This document shows positions 27,985-36,900 of a stretch of DNA of 56,471 nucleotides, piece after piece. Numbering within the stretch: the first letter of the stretch is position 1; each line of letters opens with the position of its first letter. The stretch is from a virus. Its lineage: Duplodnaviria; Caudoviricetes. The notes under the pieces are model-generated. The model had not been told where the DNA came from. It saw nothing but the letters and a program-made list of their open reading frames with translations, and searched no databases. The translations under genes and the position numbers were made by a program. The stretch is from IMG/VR virus record IMGVR_UViG_3300027851_000033, positions 1-56,471 of that record; one strand, 5' to 3'.

Positions 27985-28063
27985 TAGAGTTGCTCCTTGG
28001 TTAAGTTATCAACCAAGGCACACTCCTGCGCGCCTTGCTAAGGTAAAAAAATAAACTACATTG

Positions 28064-28255
28064 CTACTGTGCCACGCATGGCGCGAGGAGATTCCTCTCC
28101 TCGCGCTGTATCTTTATTGATCTTGGTGCGGTCACACGCAACCGCACCACCTTACCGCTTTTGTCTAGTACTTCGACCGTGATACGCCCTTCCTCTATCA
28201 GTAGATGCTCACCTGGCCTAACATCAATCGTCAGCTGCGAATCAATATCTGACAT
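28064..28255 (-). CDS. CsrA/RsmA-like protein
   Basis: LTIDVRPGEHLLI..GRITVEVL...GKVVRLRVTAPRSIKIQREE follows the CsrA pattern. Confidence 0.7.
   Translation of the reverse strand: MSDIDSQLTIDVRPGEHLLIEEGRITVEVLDKSGKVVRLRVTAPRSIKIQREERNLLAPCVAQ
28069..28086 (-). promoter_or_regulatory. 18-bp late-gene motif, copy 3
   Basis: Exact GTGCCACGCATGGCGCGA, 85 bp upstream of the major capsid gene. Confidence 0.6.
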
Positions 28256-29184
28256 TACGCGGCTTTCAAATACCGATCTCGCTTTTCTTTGGACATGCTC
28301 GCTAATGCCCTTTCGTACTCCAGCCCGTCCAGCGCATCCAACTCCGAGAACTCATCACCACTAATATCACCAGGACCATCACCGCCCGGTACTTGTGCCA
28401 ATGTTGCTGGCAGTTTGTCGGTTGGCGGTTTCCTTGTCTTAGCGGCAGGGGTTTCTTTTTTCTGCTCTGTAATGCCATGCAGAACCTTGATTCGCTTATG
28501 CGCCTCATTCAAAAACCAGTCATAGTCTTTATCTGCGTTCGCTGGGTTATTGGCAAGCACCTTCACAAAAGTATCCAGATCAATCCCCTTGGCTTCATCG
28601 GTAGCGTAATCAATCCCCTCATCACGCTTCACTTTGCGCATGAAGTTGGTCACTGTAAAGTTCCACTCTTGTTCGGCAGTCTGCGCGCCCATTTCTCTGG
28701 CGATCTCTGCCTTGGTGCGCAGCGTGTCTAGCTCGCGCCTTTCATTCGATAGCCTGCGGTTTTCCACCACAAAGTCATCGGCTTCCAACTCGCCAGCTTT
28801 GAACTTTTCCAGCAATGCCGCTTCTCTGTCATCGACTGACTTGACCTGTTCGTCAAAATCATCTGGCATCGCCACTTGATAGCGCGGCTTGAATTCAGGC
28901 GACTTTTCTTTATCCTCGATTACCGGATCGGCATCGGTTGCCGTGGCAGCATCGTCAGTTGCTTTTGCAGTCGCAACAGTGGAATCACCATCTTCGCCAT
29001 CGTCTTTCTTATCATCATCGTCATCATCGTCATCATCAGCGTCACCATCAGCGGCGATGCTCTTGAGCGCCGCTTCTTCTTCTGGTGATAATGCGCTTTC
29101 TTCAAGCGATGCGCGCTCTTCCGGGCTTAACGTGGCTAATGCCGCCGCACGATCTGTATCAATTTCAGTATTCATTGTAGTCAT
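28255..29184 (-). CDS. Scaffolding protein
   Basis: Acidic coiled-coil protein with a poly-Asp tract, upstream of the major capsid gene. Confidence 0.75.
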   Translation of the reverse strand: MTTMNTEIDTDRAAALATLSPEERASLEESALSPEEEAALKSIAADGDADDDDDDDDDKKDDGEDGDSTVATAKATDDAATATDADPVIEDKEKSPEFKPRYQVAMPDDFDEQVKSVDDREAALLEKFKAGELEADDFVVENRRLSNERRELDTLRTKAEIAREMGAQTAEQEWNFTVTNFMRKVKRDEGIDYATDEAKGIDLDTFVKVLANNPANADKDYDWFLNEAHKRIKVLHGITEQKKETPAAKTRKPPTDKLPATLAQVPGGDGPGDISGDEFSELDALDGLEYERALASMSKEKRDRYLKAA

Positions 29185-29202
29185 CCTTAACTATGGTTTA
29201 GA

Positions 29203-29382
29203 TTAATCACTTTCGCTGGCAACCGAGGCCAAATCCATCAACCGCTTTTTTGCCAACCACTTTACTGCCTTGAAACGCTTTTCATCCTTTTCGATCTTTT
29301 GGGCTTCCATTATTGTGCGCAGATCAGATTCAATCTGCCATTCTTTATCAGCCGGCATTGCCATCACGCTTCCCTTTGCCAT
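29203..29382 (-). CDS. Small head-module protein (59 aa, MAKGSVMAMPADKEWQIESDLRT...)
   Basis: Translated by hand; AAAGGGG RBS upstream. Confidence 0.6.
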   Translation of the reverse strand: MAKGSVMAMPADKEWQIESDLRTIMEAQKIEKDEKRFKAVKWLAKKRLMDLASVASESD

Positions 29383-29394
29383 CGCTTACCCCTT

Positions 29395-29769
29395 TCAATC
29401 TTCATCAATCAACATGACCAAAGCCGCAAGAATCAAAGGATCATTCATAACATCGGCTACCGTTGGTAACAATACTTTGCCACGCATGGCGCGAGGCTTG
29501 ATGTTCATTGCCTCTGCCAATGATTCAGGGATTTGCATGTCCATCGGAATGGTAATATCGCGCACCCCATGAACATCATCAGCAACCTGCACATGAATTT
29601 CGCGCAAGCCCTCGATATATTCCCAGTGGTCGCGATGCAGCGCATAGTCATCGTGTGTGCTTCCGCCGCCATACTCACCGGGCAATGACGAATCAGCTAC
29701 CTGCCCGAAGGCAAAAGCATCCGGGCTAAATGCCGTTACCGAAAACGCAGACGAGTCAAAGGCGATCAC
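29395..29769 (-). CDS. Hypothetical protein
   Basis: 124 aa, starts with FDSSAFSVTAFSPDAF repeats. Confidence 0.6.
   Translation of the reverse strand: MIAFDSSAFSVTAFSPDAFAFGQVADSSLPGEYGGGSTHDDYALHRDHWEYIEGLREIHVQVADDVHGVRDITIPMDMQIPESLAEAMNIKPRAMRGKVLLPTVADVMNDPLILAALVMLIDED
29477..29494 (-). promoter_or_regulatory. 18-bp late-gene motif, copy 4
   Basis: TTGCCACGCATGGCGCGA inside a CDS, 95 bp upstream of the small gene preceding the scaffold. Confidence 0.55.
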
Positions 29770-31440
29770 TTACGCCCCCCGCCAGAGATCCCCTGCTGCT
29801 CCGGTTCCGTGAATAGTCGCCCCGTTCATTTTCCTGGCGTCGACGGGAATGGTCGTCGCGTTAAGCGCTGCCAGCACGGCGGCTGCGATTTCTGCTGTCG
29901 TTGGGACTGCCATGTTGTTCTCCATGTACCAAAGCAAATAAGCGACGTCCCGCTGGGAGAGCGAAGTCCCCATCACGGCCCCTGTAACCAAAGCGGCTTG
30001 CCCGATTAAGTTTCCCGTCGCGGCGTGCGTGGGGACCGCCGCTGAACGCGCCGCTGCGCCAACAATAATAGCGTTCGTCCCGCTGAGTACCCCAGTGGTG
30101 GTATGCTTAACCTTGTGCGCTGAGGTTCCAGTAACCGTTGAACCAACACCCGTTAAAACCCCTGTAGTGACGCGCTTGGCTTTATGGGTAGAGGCTCCGG
30201 CAATAGCACCGATTTGCCCCGCCAAAACCCCAGTGGTGGTGTGCTTGGCTTTGTGAGCGGATACTCCGGCGATACCGGCACCGGGGCCAGTCAAGTTCCC
30301 GGTAGTTGCGTGTACCCCCGCTGAACTTCGGGCCGCAGCCCCCGCAATAGTCGCCGTCTGCCCCGTCAGTACCCCCGTGCTCGGATGCTGTCTGGTTCTC
30401 GCCGCGGTTCCCGTGACCGTTGAACCGGCACCCGTTAAAACCCCTGCGCCTGGATGTTGTCTAGTTCTTGACGAGGCTCCTGCTACTAGGCTACCAGCAC
30501 CCGTTACAACACCCGTTGTGATGTGCTTGGCTTTGTGCGCGGAAGTTCCAGCGACCGTTGACCCTGCGCCCGTTAAAACCCCTGTAGCGGCGTGTTTTGC
30601 CCTGTGCGCGGAAGTTCCAGTAACCGCGCTACCCTGACCCGCCAGTGCTGCGCTTGTACTGTGGGTGGTGCTGCCCCCCGCCGATGCAACAAATATCCTG
30701 CTGGGTTTCGCCTCCAGCGAGTAGGGATAATTGCTCTCATAGAGGTACTTGGCAAACTCATCCGACATCAACCCGTCGGTGCCCGACGTGCCTGCCTTGG
30801 GCAAATAAATCAGCGCGGCCCACTCGATGGTGCCTTTGAACTGCCTTAAATAACCCGCGCTGCGATGCTGTGCGCCAATGACTATTTCATTAACCGTGCC
30901 AATGCTTCCGCCAGCAGCCCCCTGACTCGTCGTGGCCGGATTGCCGTTGATCCAGCCGTACTGGTTGGTGTTGGATAACCTTTGCGCGAAAACCGTGTAA
31001 TAGGTATTCAATGCCCCCGCGCTGTAGCCCTTCAACCCGGCAGCGCCATTGTCCAGAAAGGCATGCCCCACGTTGTTCGACGGATCGAATCCCACGCCGA
31101 TACCCGTCTGCACTCCGGTGCTGTCAGCGATACCAAAAGCCGCCCCAGGAGTCCCCGCTTGTGCGGCAGTGGCCTTGATTCGCGCCGCGACGATGATATT
31201 ACTTTGATCAAACCCTGCGGGAAAGACTATCGTCTTATTCTGTTGCTGTGAACCGTTGAACGTGGCGACAGACCCGCCTTCATCAATGGCAAACCCGCCG
31301 GGGTTGGCAATATCTTGACCGCCTACCAAGTCGCGGACAAGCTTCCCTTCCTGGAACAGAGACAGCCAGAACGTGCCGGTTTGTGCTGCCTTGGCTCGGT
31401 CGAGAAGGAATATCCTGCCCTGCTTATTCTTGGCAGGCAT
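29770..31440 (-). CDS. Virion fiber-like protein: lectin/LamG-like N-terminus plus about nine ~25-aa repeats
   Basis: Repeats of H.TTGVL.G....V.G.SAH.AK; IVIGAQ...RQFKGTI motif. Confidence 0.6.
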   Translation of the reverse strand: MPAKNKQGRIFLLDRAKAAQTGTFWLSLFQEGKLVRDLVGGQDIANPGGFAIDEGGSVATFNGSQQQNKTIVFPAGFDQSNIIVAARIKATAAQAGTPGAAFGIADSTGVQTGIGVGFDPSNNVGHAFLDNGAAGLKGYSAGALNTYYTVFAQRLSNTNQYGWINGNPATTSQGAAGGSIGTVNEIVIGAQHRSAGYLRQFKGTIEWAALIYLPKAGTSGTDGLMSDEFAKYLYESNYPYSLEAKPSRIFVASAGGSTTHSTSAALAGQGSAVTGTSAHRAKHAATGVLTGAGSTVAGTSAHKAKHITTGVVTGAGSLVAGASSRTRQHPGAGVLTGAGSTVTGTAARTRQHPSTGVLTGQTATIAGAAARSSAGVHATTGNLTGPGAGIAGVSAHKAKHTTTGVLAGQIGAIAGASTHKAKRVTTGVLTGVGSTVTGTSAHKVKHTTTGVLSGTNAIIVGAAARSAAVPTHAATGNLIGQAALVTGAVMGTSLSQRDVAYLLWYMENNMAVPTTAEIAAAVLAALNATTIPVDARKMNGATIHGTGAAGDLWRGA

Positions 31441-31446
31441 GGTGGA

Positions 31447-31812
31447 TTAAATCCCCGTCAGCTTGGTTACATCTGCCTGAACAGTCACGGCCTGCGCGGT
31501 ATTTCCAGTGAACACAACTCTGGCATACATCGTGTCTTCCGGCAGGCTGAATTCCGCCGCATATGTCGTGCTAGCCGTAATACCCGCCTGAAATGCTCCT
31601 CCGGCTCCGGTATATATCGTTGTGCCGTTGTCGGGCGAGAGATCAATCCGTGCCGTACAAGCCACAGTTGGCCCAGTTCCTCCATTGGTTATCAATGCCA
31701 GAATTGATGCCTTATACGCAGCTGTTAGGTCGATCCATGAACCCGTTGTCGTTCCTGCAGCGGCGTTTGAGGCACTGGCTTGTGCTGCTACGGTTGCGTG
31801 TGCGATAGCCAT
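31447..31812 (-). CDS. Virion structural protein (putative)
   Basis: 121 aa, beta-rich, AGGAG RBS. Confidence 0.6.
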   Translation of the reverse strand: MAIAHATVAAQASASNAAAGTTTGSWIDLTAAYKASILALITNGGTGPTVACTARIDLSPDNGTTIYTGAGGAFQAGITASTTYAAEFSLPEDTMYARVVFTGNTAQAVTVQADVTKLTGI

Positions 31813-31821
31813 ATTTTCTCC

Positions 31822-32247
31822 TTAAAATAACCAGGTGCCATCATCTGACCAACAGACAGCCGCGACTTCATGTGCGGTTACTACGTCTGGCACTACGGCC
31901 AATGCTTTGAGTGCTGCTGCACCTTCTGCACTCAAAACACCGGCCATCACCAGCCCATCAATCCCGTCCCGTGTAGCTTGTTCGCCAAGGTCGAATGACT
32001 CATTTTCGATGGTCTTGAGTGTCCATTTAAGGTCAGGATCGACTGTGTTGCCAAGCTCCTCAAGCGTGTTGAGGAATGCCCCACCAACGCCACGGCCAAG
32101 CGTGGCGAGCACTGTGCCGTAACCAATGGGCTTGCTGATGATCTTGGTGCGCCCAACTGAAAGGATTGCCGCCAGCGCGCCACAATCTCTTGCGGCAAGC
32201 GCGTCGGCACAGTCTGATCTTGATAGGATTTCGTCGCGGATGGTCAT
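31822..32247 (-). CDS. Hypothetical protein (MTIRDEILSR...)
   Basis: Follows the upstream stop directly. Confidence 0.6.
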   Translation of the reverse strand: MTIRDEILSRSDCADALAARDCGALAAILSVGRTKIISKPIGYGTVLATLGRGVGGAFLNTLEELGNTVDPDLKWTLKTIENESFDLGEQATRDGIDGLVMAGVLSAEGAAALKALAVVPDVVTAHEVAAVCWSDDGTWLF

Positions 32248-32249
32248 GG

Positions 32250-32642
32250 TTAAGCGCTCAAGGCTGTATACGTCAATGACGAACAGGTTACCGTATCGCC
32301 CGCAGCAATAATCAATCCATTGGTCATGTTGATATCCGACGCCGACGCTGCCACGGCGCAATGAATCACCACTACTCCTGCCGAAGTCTCCAGCGTCGCT
32401 GTGGCGACGGCAGTGGCATTACCCGCCGCATTGGTATCTGACGTGATCGCGTTGGCGGTCGCGGTGCCTGCCGCCGAAGCGCCGAAGCCTGTAGCAGAGA
32501 GCGGCAGGGTGGCGACAGCGGCACCTGGCGCAGCGACCGTACCTGCCAATCGAAACTTGAGGTTGCCACTCGCCCCGATCAGCGCGGTGACGGCATCTGT
32601 TGCAGCATTACGCGCTGCGGTGCTATGAGTTACTGACATCAT
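32250..32642 (-). CDS. Virion structural protein (putative)
   Basis: STAARNA..DA....IG...L pattern, Ala/Thr-rich, AAGGAG RBS. Confidence 0.65.
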   Translation of the reverse strand: MMSVTHSTAARNAATDAVTALIGASGNLKFRLAGTVAAPGAAVATLPLSATGFGASAAGTATANAITSDTNAAGNATAVATATLETSAGVVVIHCAVAASASDINMTNGLIIAAGDTVTCSSLTYTALSA

Positions 32643-32784
32643 CTATCTCCTTGGGTTGGGGTTCTGCTTGGGTCTGTGGCTGGATATGTCCGACCATGTG
32701 AACGGTTTCGGTTTCCCCCGTTGCCGCTCGGGTTATCTGTAGGGTAAAAGCAAGTTCTGCCGGTGGTGCGGTGAGCTCGATCAT
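32623..32784 (-). CDS. Small hypothetical protein (53 aa, MIELTAPPAELAFTLQITRAATG...)
   Basis: Translated by hand; AAGGAG RBS. Confidence 0.5.
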   Translation of the reverse strand: MIELTAPPAELAFTLQITRAATGETETVHMVGHIQPQTQAEPQPKEIDDVSNS

Positions 32785-32919
32785 TGTTTCTCCTTTTTCC
32801 AGGTAACTAGTTATTTACTGGGTGCCGTCATAGGCGGCGTAGCAGGCAGCAAGGTGGGTGTCGTACTGGGCAGCGATACACCTCGGCTCCAGTGGCCGTT
32901 TCAGTCACTAAGTACGTAG

Positions 32920-33426
32920 TCATTTTTTTCCCAGCCTCTCGATGATCGCGTTCTTTTGGTTGCTGCCTGAACTTGATCCGAAATAGTAAGCCAGTACACT
33001 CGCAAACCCCGTCCCAAGGCTGCCCAGCATGACGAGCAACGCATCGCCTCCTTTTTCCGGTGTTCCAAACTGGAGCATGTACGTCAGGACGCCGAAAAAT
33101 CCGCCAGTGAGCAGTATCGCCAGTGTGCCGGGTATCCAGTCCTTGACCGCAACTTCACGGGCACGGGCGCTGCTGCGGTCTTCCACATCCAGCTTGGCCA
33201 GTTCGATCTTGTTGGTTTCTAGGAATTTCCTGAATTCAATCTCGGCGAGCTTCAGCGAAGCGATTTGATCCGCACTCATCTTCCCGCTGTTCAAAACCTC
33301 GCTCACAGCCTCGATGGTCTTTTCCTGAATGCCGAGCTTATCCGCAATGAATGAAGCCGCCGCACCACCTAACGGCCCGCCTAGCGCCGTCCCTAAAAGT
33401 GGGGCCAGAGCCTTTAGCCAATCCAT
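32920..33426 (-). CDS. Holin-like protein (3TM-holin type)
   Basis: APLLGTALGGPLGG N-terminus, DRSSARARE, YYFGSSSGS; adjacent to the lysozyme gene. Confidence 0.75.
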   Translation of the reverse strand: MDWLKALAPLLGTALGGPLGGAAASFIADKLGIQEKTIEAVSEVLNSGKMSADQIASLKLAEIEFRKFLETNKIELAKLDVEDRSSARAREVAVKDWIPGTLAILLTGGFFGVLTYMLQFGTPEKGGDALLVMLGSLGTGFASVLAYYFGSSSGSNQKNAIIERLGKK

Positions 33427-33427
33427 G

Positions 33428-33844
33428 TCATTCCCCCTTTGCCATCATGGCCGCCAATCGTTTAGCGCGTTCGCCCACCTGCGTCGCCCATTTGGATGCA
33501 AGCATGCCCCCCGCCGCATCCGCGTAGCGTCCTGCCTTCATCGCCGCCAGCGTGTTCTTGAATCCCAGCAACCCGGCGACGCCCAAGTTAAACGCCATAT
33601 TCACCACGACGCGCTGGCGTACATCATTCAGGCTTCGCCACCACGGAATTGCTTTGTCCAGCGCCGCAGTGGTGCGCGCAATATCGTTATCCAGCAGGTG
33701 CATCGCTTCGTCCTGGCTAATCCCTACATCGTCCAGATTGCGACCAATGCCGATGGTGAGCTTGCCTACCGTGTCACGATAGGGTTTAAGCCTTAACCCT
33801 TCGTCCCGCGTCAGCTCTATTTTCAAATCTAGGCTTTGCATCAC
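33428..33844 (-). CDS. Endolysin (T4-type/GH24 lysozyme)
   Basis: DEGLRLKPYRDTVGKLTIGIG catalytic E-D-T triad; SKWATQVGERA. Confidence 0.92.
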   Translation of the reverse strand: MMQSLDLKIELTRDEGLRLKPYRDTVGKLTIGIGRNLDDVGISQDEAMHLLDNDIARTTAALDKAIPWWRSLNDVRQRVVVNMAFNLGVAGLLGFKNTLAAMKAGRYADAAGGMLASKWATQVGERAKRLAAMMAKGE

Positions 33845-36420
33845 TTTTCTTCCTTGCTTTGAATTGATCCAGTCACCGTCTGATCCCCGGAACGGAGAGT
33901 GATGGTCTTGTTTCCCGGCTGCGACTTGGCGTCCACTTGGAAAGCGCCCGCCTCAAAGGTAATGGGGACGGTGATATTGGGCGGCGCAGCGGGTTCTTTA
34001 TATGCGGTCTTCGTCTCTTTCTCGCTTGGTTTCTCTGCGTTCTTCGCCATCTGCTCGGCCTGTTCTGCCAGCTTTGCTGCATCCTCTGCCGCCTTGGTCG
34101 CTTCCTGGGCTACCTTGTTCGCCTCATTGACGGCTTGGCTCATTTCATCCAGTCTTTTCATCAGCCCATCTATTTGCCTTTCAGCCACCCCCTGAATCTC
34201 GGCAACGCGCTCACGACTTGCGGCCTCAATCCTTGCCGCCTGTATCTTGAAGTCTGCTTCTTTGTTGATTGCCATTGTCTTGTTGGCGGCCTCCATCTGT
34301 GCCTTGCGCAACTGTTCGGCCATGGATTCGAGCTTTGTTGCGGCCTGCTCTTGCACTTTGCGCAGGGCTTGCTCCATTTCTATGGAAGCGCCATTACCTG
34401 CGTTGGCACGAGCCATGATCTCTGCCACCTCGGCATTGAGCTTATCCACTTTGGCTCTTTGCTCAGCCATCGCCAGCATCGCAGAGTCTCTTTGCATCTG
34501 CAAAGCATCTGCCTGATCGCGCATCTGTTGCTCTGCCTGCTGCGCCTCTTCCGGCGTCATCGGCTTGTTATCGTCACGCTCCCCAGTGAGCTTGCGTATC
34601 TCGTCGGCGATAGCATCTTTATTGGGCATATCCGAATACTCGTATGCCATGCGTAAGAAGCGAACAGCCAATTCTGGTGGAAGACTCTCAGCCAATTTCG
34701 ACATGGTGTCAAACATGACCTGCCGCAACGTCCCCGCATAATCCTGCTCAGACACCACAAAATCTGCCGAGCTTGATGTAATGTCGTTTATGTAGCGGAC
34801 AGACCCATCCGGCTGAATCTCTGGCTCATTGACCTTTAACCACTCCATCTGGCCGCGTGTTCCTGTCAAACGAATAACCTTTTCCTCTGTGTAGAACTGC
34901 TCCACAAGAGAGAGTAGCTTTTCCCCCTGAATTTGAGTTGTCAGACGGTGATTGTCAAATGGCTCTGTTGTTGCAACGCTGCCCTGCATTTGTCGGGCTT
35001 TAATGGCCTCACCTGAAGTCGCATTGGTTTGCCGCCCCAGGTTCTCGTTATTCACCCCTGCAGCGCGCTGGATAGTCTGGGCATCCAGCGTCATCATTTG
35101 AATTTGCCCACTCGCAGCATCCGTGTCACGCCGTATACTGAATTCCTTGCCAGACTTCTTTTCTATGTAGCCATCTGGACGGTCAGCTTCTTCACGAGCC
35201 ACATTCTTGTCTGCAACTGCGCCTTCATCGGCAATAATCTGATTAGTGGACAGCATGAACAGCGCCTTGCTTGCGCGCTTGTTCAAATCTTGCTGAATAT
35301 CCCTTACACGACGAACTGCCCCATAAGGCAAGCGCGTGCGGCCATTGCGATAGCACCACAAGGGCGTCAAGCTGAACTTGTTGTGCCGATAGATGGATGC
35401 TCCCATCGAGAGCATGCATTCCTCGGTGAAGACTGCGAAATGCGTGCGCATCATTACACGCTCAACAATATCGGCAGGGTTTGTTTCCAGCGCTTGAACC
35501 AGCGCCGCATCATGTTCGGTGTAGTGCGCCCCCTTGAGCGCGCCATTCGCAATGATTTTTGAATTCGTCGGCTGGCGGAACTGGCATTCAATCAGCCTGA
35601 TCCTGCGCCTGGATGCCTCTCCATGAATTCCCCCGTTGGACGAGTAAAGCGATCCGCTACTGACAATAGGCATGCCAAGATAGAACTCATCCGTTCCTGC
35701 CTCATCAATGCTGTCCACATCTACTATTGCGCGCCTAATCTGGGCCTTGCGACTTGGGAACATCATTTCCGCAACATCTGCATCTACCCAGCGCCAGCGA
35801 AAGATATAGCGCGCATCGGACAAATCCATGTCATAACTGGAAGAATCCCACAGCACATTGCGCCAATCTTCGTAACGCGAATACAGCACATCTTCCGATG
35901 GATCATTCCTCGCACCATCGTCCAGCCAGCCAACGCCGGACTTGACGGCATCAGAAAAAGCGCGAGAGCGTGCAAATGTCACATGGTTAATATCGGAAAC
36001 GAACTTAAGCACCTTGGTCTTGGCATCCGCCGAATCAACATCATCCTCTGTCCTTGGCAACACCTTCCAGTCAATGCGCGTTCGCCGCTCCGTGCCGATC
36101 AACCAATCAACCATTGGCGCGACCTCGTTGAACACCAAGGGCATTTGGCCTCGCGCAGTCACCTCATTTTGATCTTCTGCACTCCACTGGAGTCCGTCAT
36201 AGAAATCCGCATCCAGCGCCATTTGCATGCGGTTATCCGACTGCCTTGAGCGCTCATGGAAATACCAATCCATCAGCTTTCTGTGCAGCTTGCGCGACTC
36301 CTCGCTATCCAGTGGGTCAGCCGCCGCCTCCTTGGTCTGGTTCAGCGCTTCATCAATCGAATCACTGTAATGATCGCCTCCAACACGGCGCTTGACACCA
36401 ATCTCAAATGGGTCAGCCAT
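33841..36420 (-). CDS. Portal protein (P22-like, long coiled-coil C-terminus)
   Basis: DFYDGLQW, PLVFN, PYGAVR...QQDLN and SGEAIKARQMQG. Confidence 0.9.
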   Translation of the reverse strand: MADPFEIGVKRRVGGDHYSDSIDEALNQTKEAAADPLDSEESRKLHRKLMDWYFHERSRQSDNRMQMALDADFYDGLQWSAEDQNEVTARGQMPLVFNEVAPMVDWLIGTERRTRIDWKVLPRTEDDVDSADAKTKVLKFVSDINHVTFARSRAFSDAVKSGVGWLDDGARNDPSEDVLYSRYEDWRNVLWDSSSYDMDLSDARYIFRWRWVDADVAEMMFPSRKAQIRRAIVDVDSIDEAGTDEFYLGMPIVSSGSLYSSNGGIHGEASRRRIRLIECQFRQPTNSKIIANGALKGAHYTEHDAALVQALETNPADIVERVMMRTHFAVFTEECMLSMGASIYRHNKFSLTPLWCYRNGRTRLPYGAVRRVRDIQQDLNKRASKALFMLSTNQIIADEGAVADKNVAREEADRPDGYIEKKSGKEFSIRRDTDAASGQIQMMTLDAQTIQRAAGVNNENLGRQTNATSGEAIKARQMQGSVATTEPFDNHRLTTQIQGEKLLSLVEQFYTEEKVIRLTGTRGQMEWLKVNEPEIQPDGSVRYINDITSSSADFVVSEQDYAGTLRQVMFDTMSKLAESLPPELAVRFLRMAYEYSDMPNKDAIADEIRKLTGERDDNKPMTPEEAQQAEQQMRDQADALQMQRDSAMLAMAEQRAKVDKLNAEVAEIMARANAGNGASIEMEQALRKVQEQAATKLESMAEQLRKAQMEAANKTMAINKEADFKIQAARIEAASRERVAEIQGVAERQIDGLMKRLDEMSQAVNEANKVAQEATKAAEDAAKLAEQAEQMAKNAEKPSEKETKTAYKEPAAPPNITVPITFEAGAFQVDAKSQPGNKTITLRSGDQTVTGSIQSKEEK

Positions 36421-36832
36421 ACGCGACCCCGTCGTCCTTCGTCAGCCGTATCTCTTCCTGTGCCATCAACGCGCCATCCGCGCGTAGCTGCATTTCACCA
36501 ATCGCCGACCTCATCATCTCGCGTTCAGGCGCAGACGGCATCTCCAACAGGTCGGGGATCCCCTCAATGATGATTGAGGCCAGCTTGAACCAGTTGTTGG
36601 GTGACGGCTCCATGCCAAGCACTTCGGCAGCCGTTCGGCACTGGCGCGCCAAATAGTCATCGTTATCGTATTTGTAAGCAGCCGAATCCTTGAGGATGTA
36701 CCAAGCCGCGCCCTTGCGGTAAGCGGGGATAAGAATCAATGCTCTCTCGTCATCAACCCATGTATAGACGGCCAGCAGGTCGCCGTGTTGCCGCGTGAGA
36801 AATGCTTTACTTAGGTCGAGGTTTGCACCCAT
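36413..36832 (-). CDS. Hypothetical protein between terL and portal
   Basis: AGGAG RBS before MGANLDL. Confidence 0.7.
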   Translation of the reverse strand: MGANLDLSKAFLTRQHGDLLAVYTWVDDERALILIPAYRKGAAWYILKDSAAYKYDNDDYLARQCRTAAEVLGMEPSPNNWFKLASIIIEGIPDLLEMPSAPEREMMRSAIGEMQLRADGALMAQEEIRLTKDDGVAYG

Positions 36833-36864
36833 AGACAACTCACTCCTAATGAATATAGGATAGA

Positions 36865-36882
36865 GTGCCACGCATGGCGCGA
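36865..36882 (-). promoter_or_regulatory. 18-bp late-gene motif, copy 5
   Basis: Exact GTGCCACGCATGGCGCGA, intergenic, upstream of the portal operon. Confidence 0.6.
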
Positions 36883-36900
36883 GACTTTGGCTGCTTGTCC

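Noticed and set aside
23777-31440. Diversity-generating retroelement or tail-fiber shufflon
   Set aside because: I found no reverse transcriptase, no template/variable repeat pair and no inverted fiber segments.
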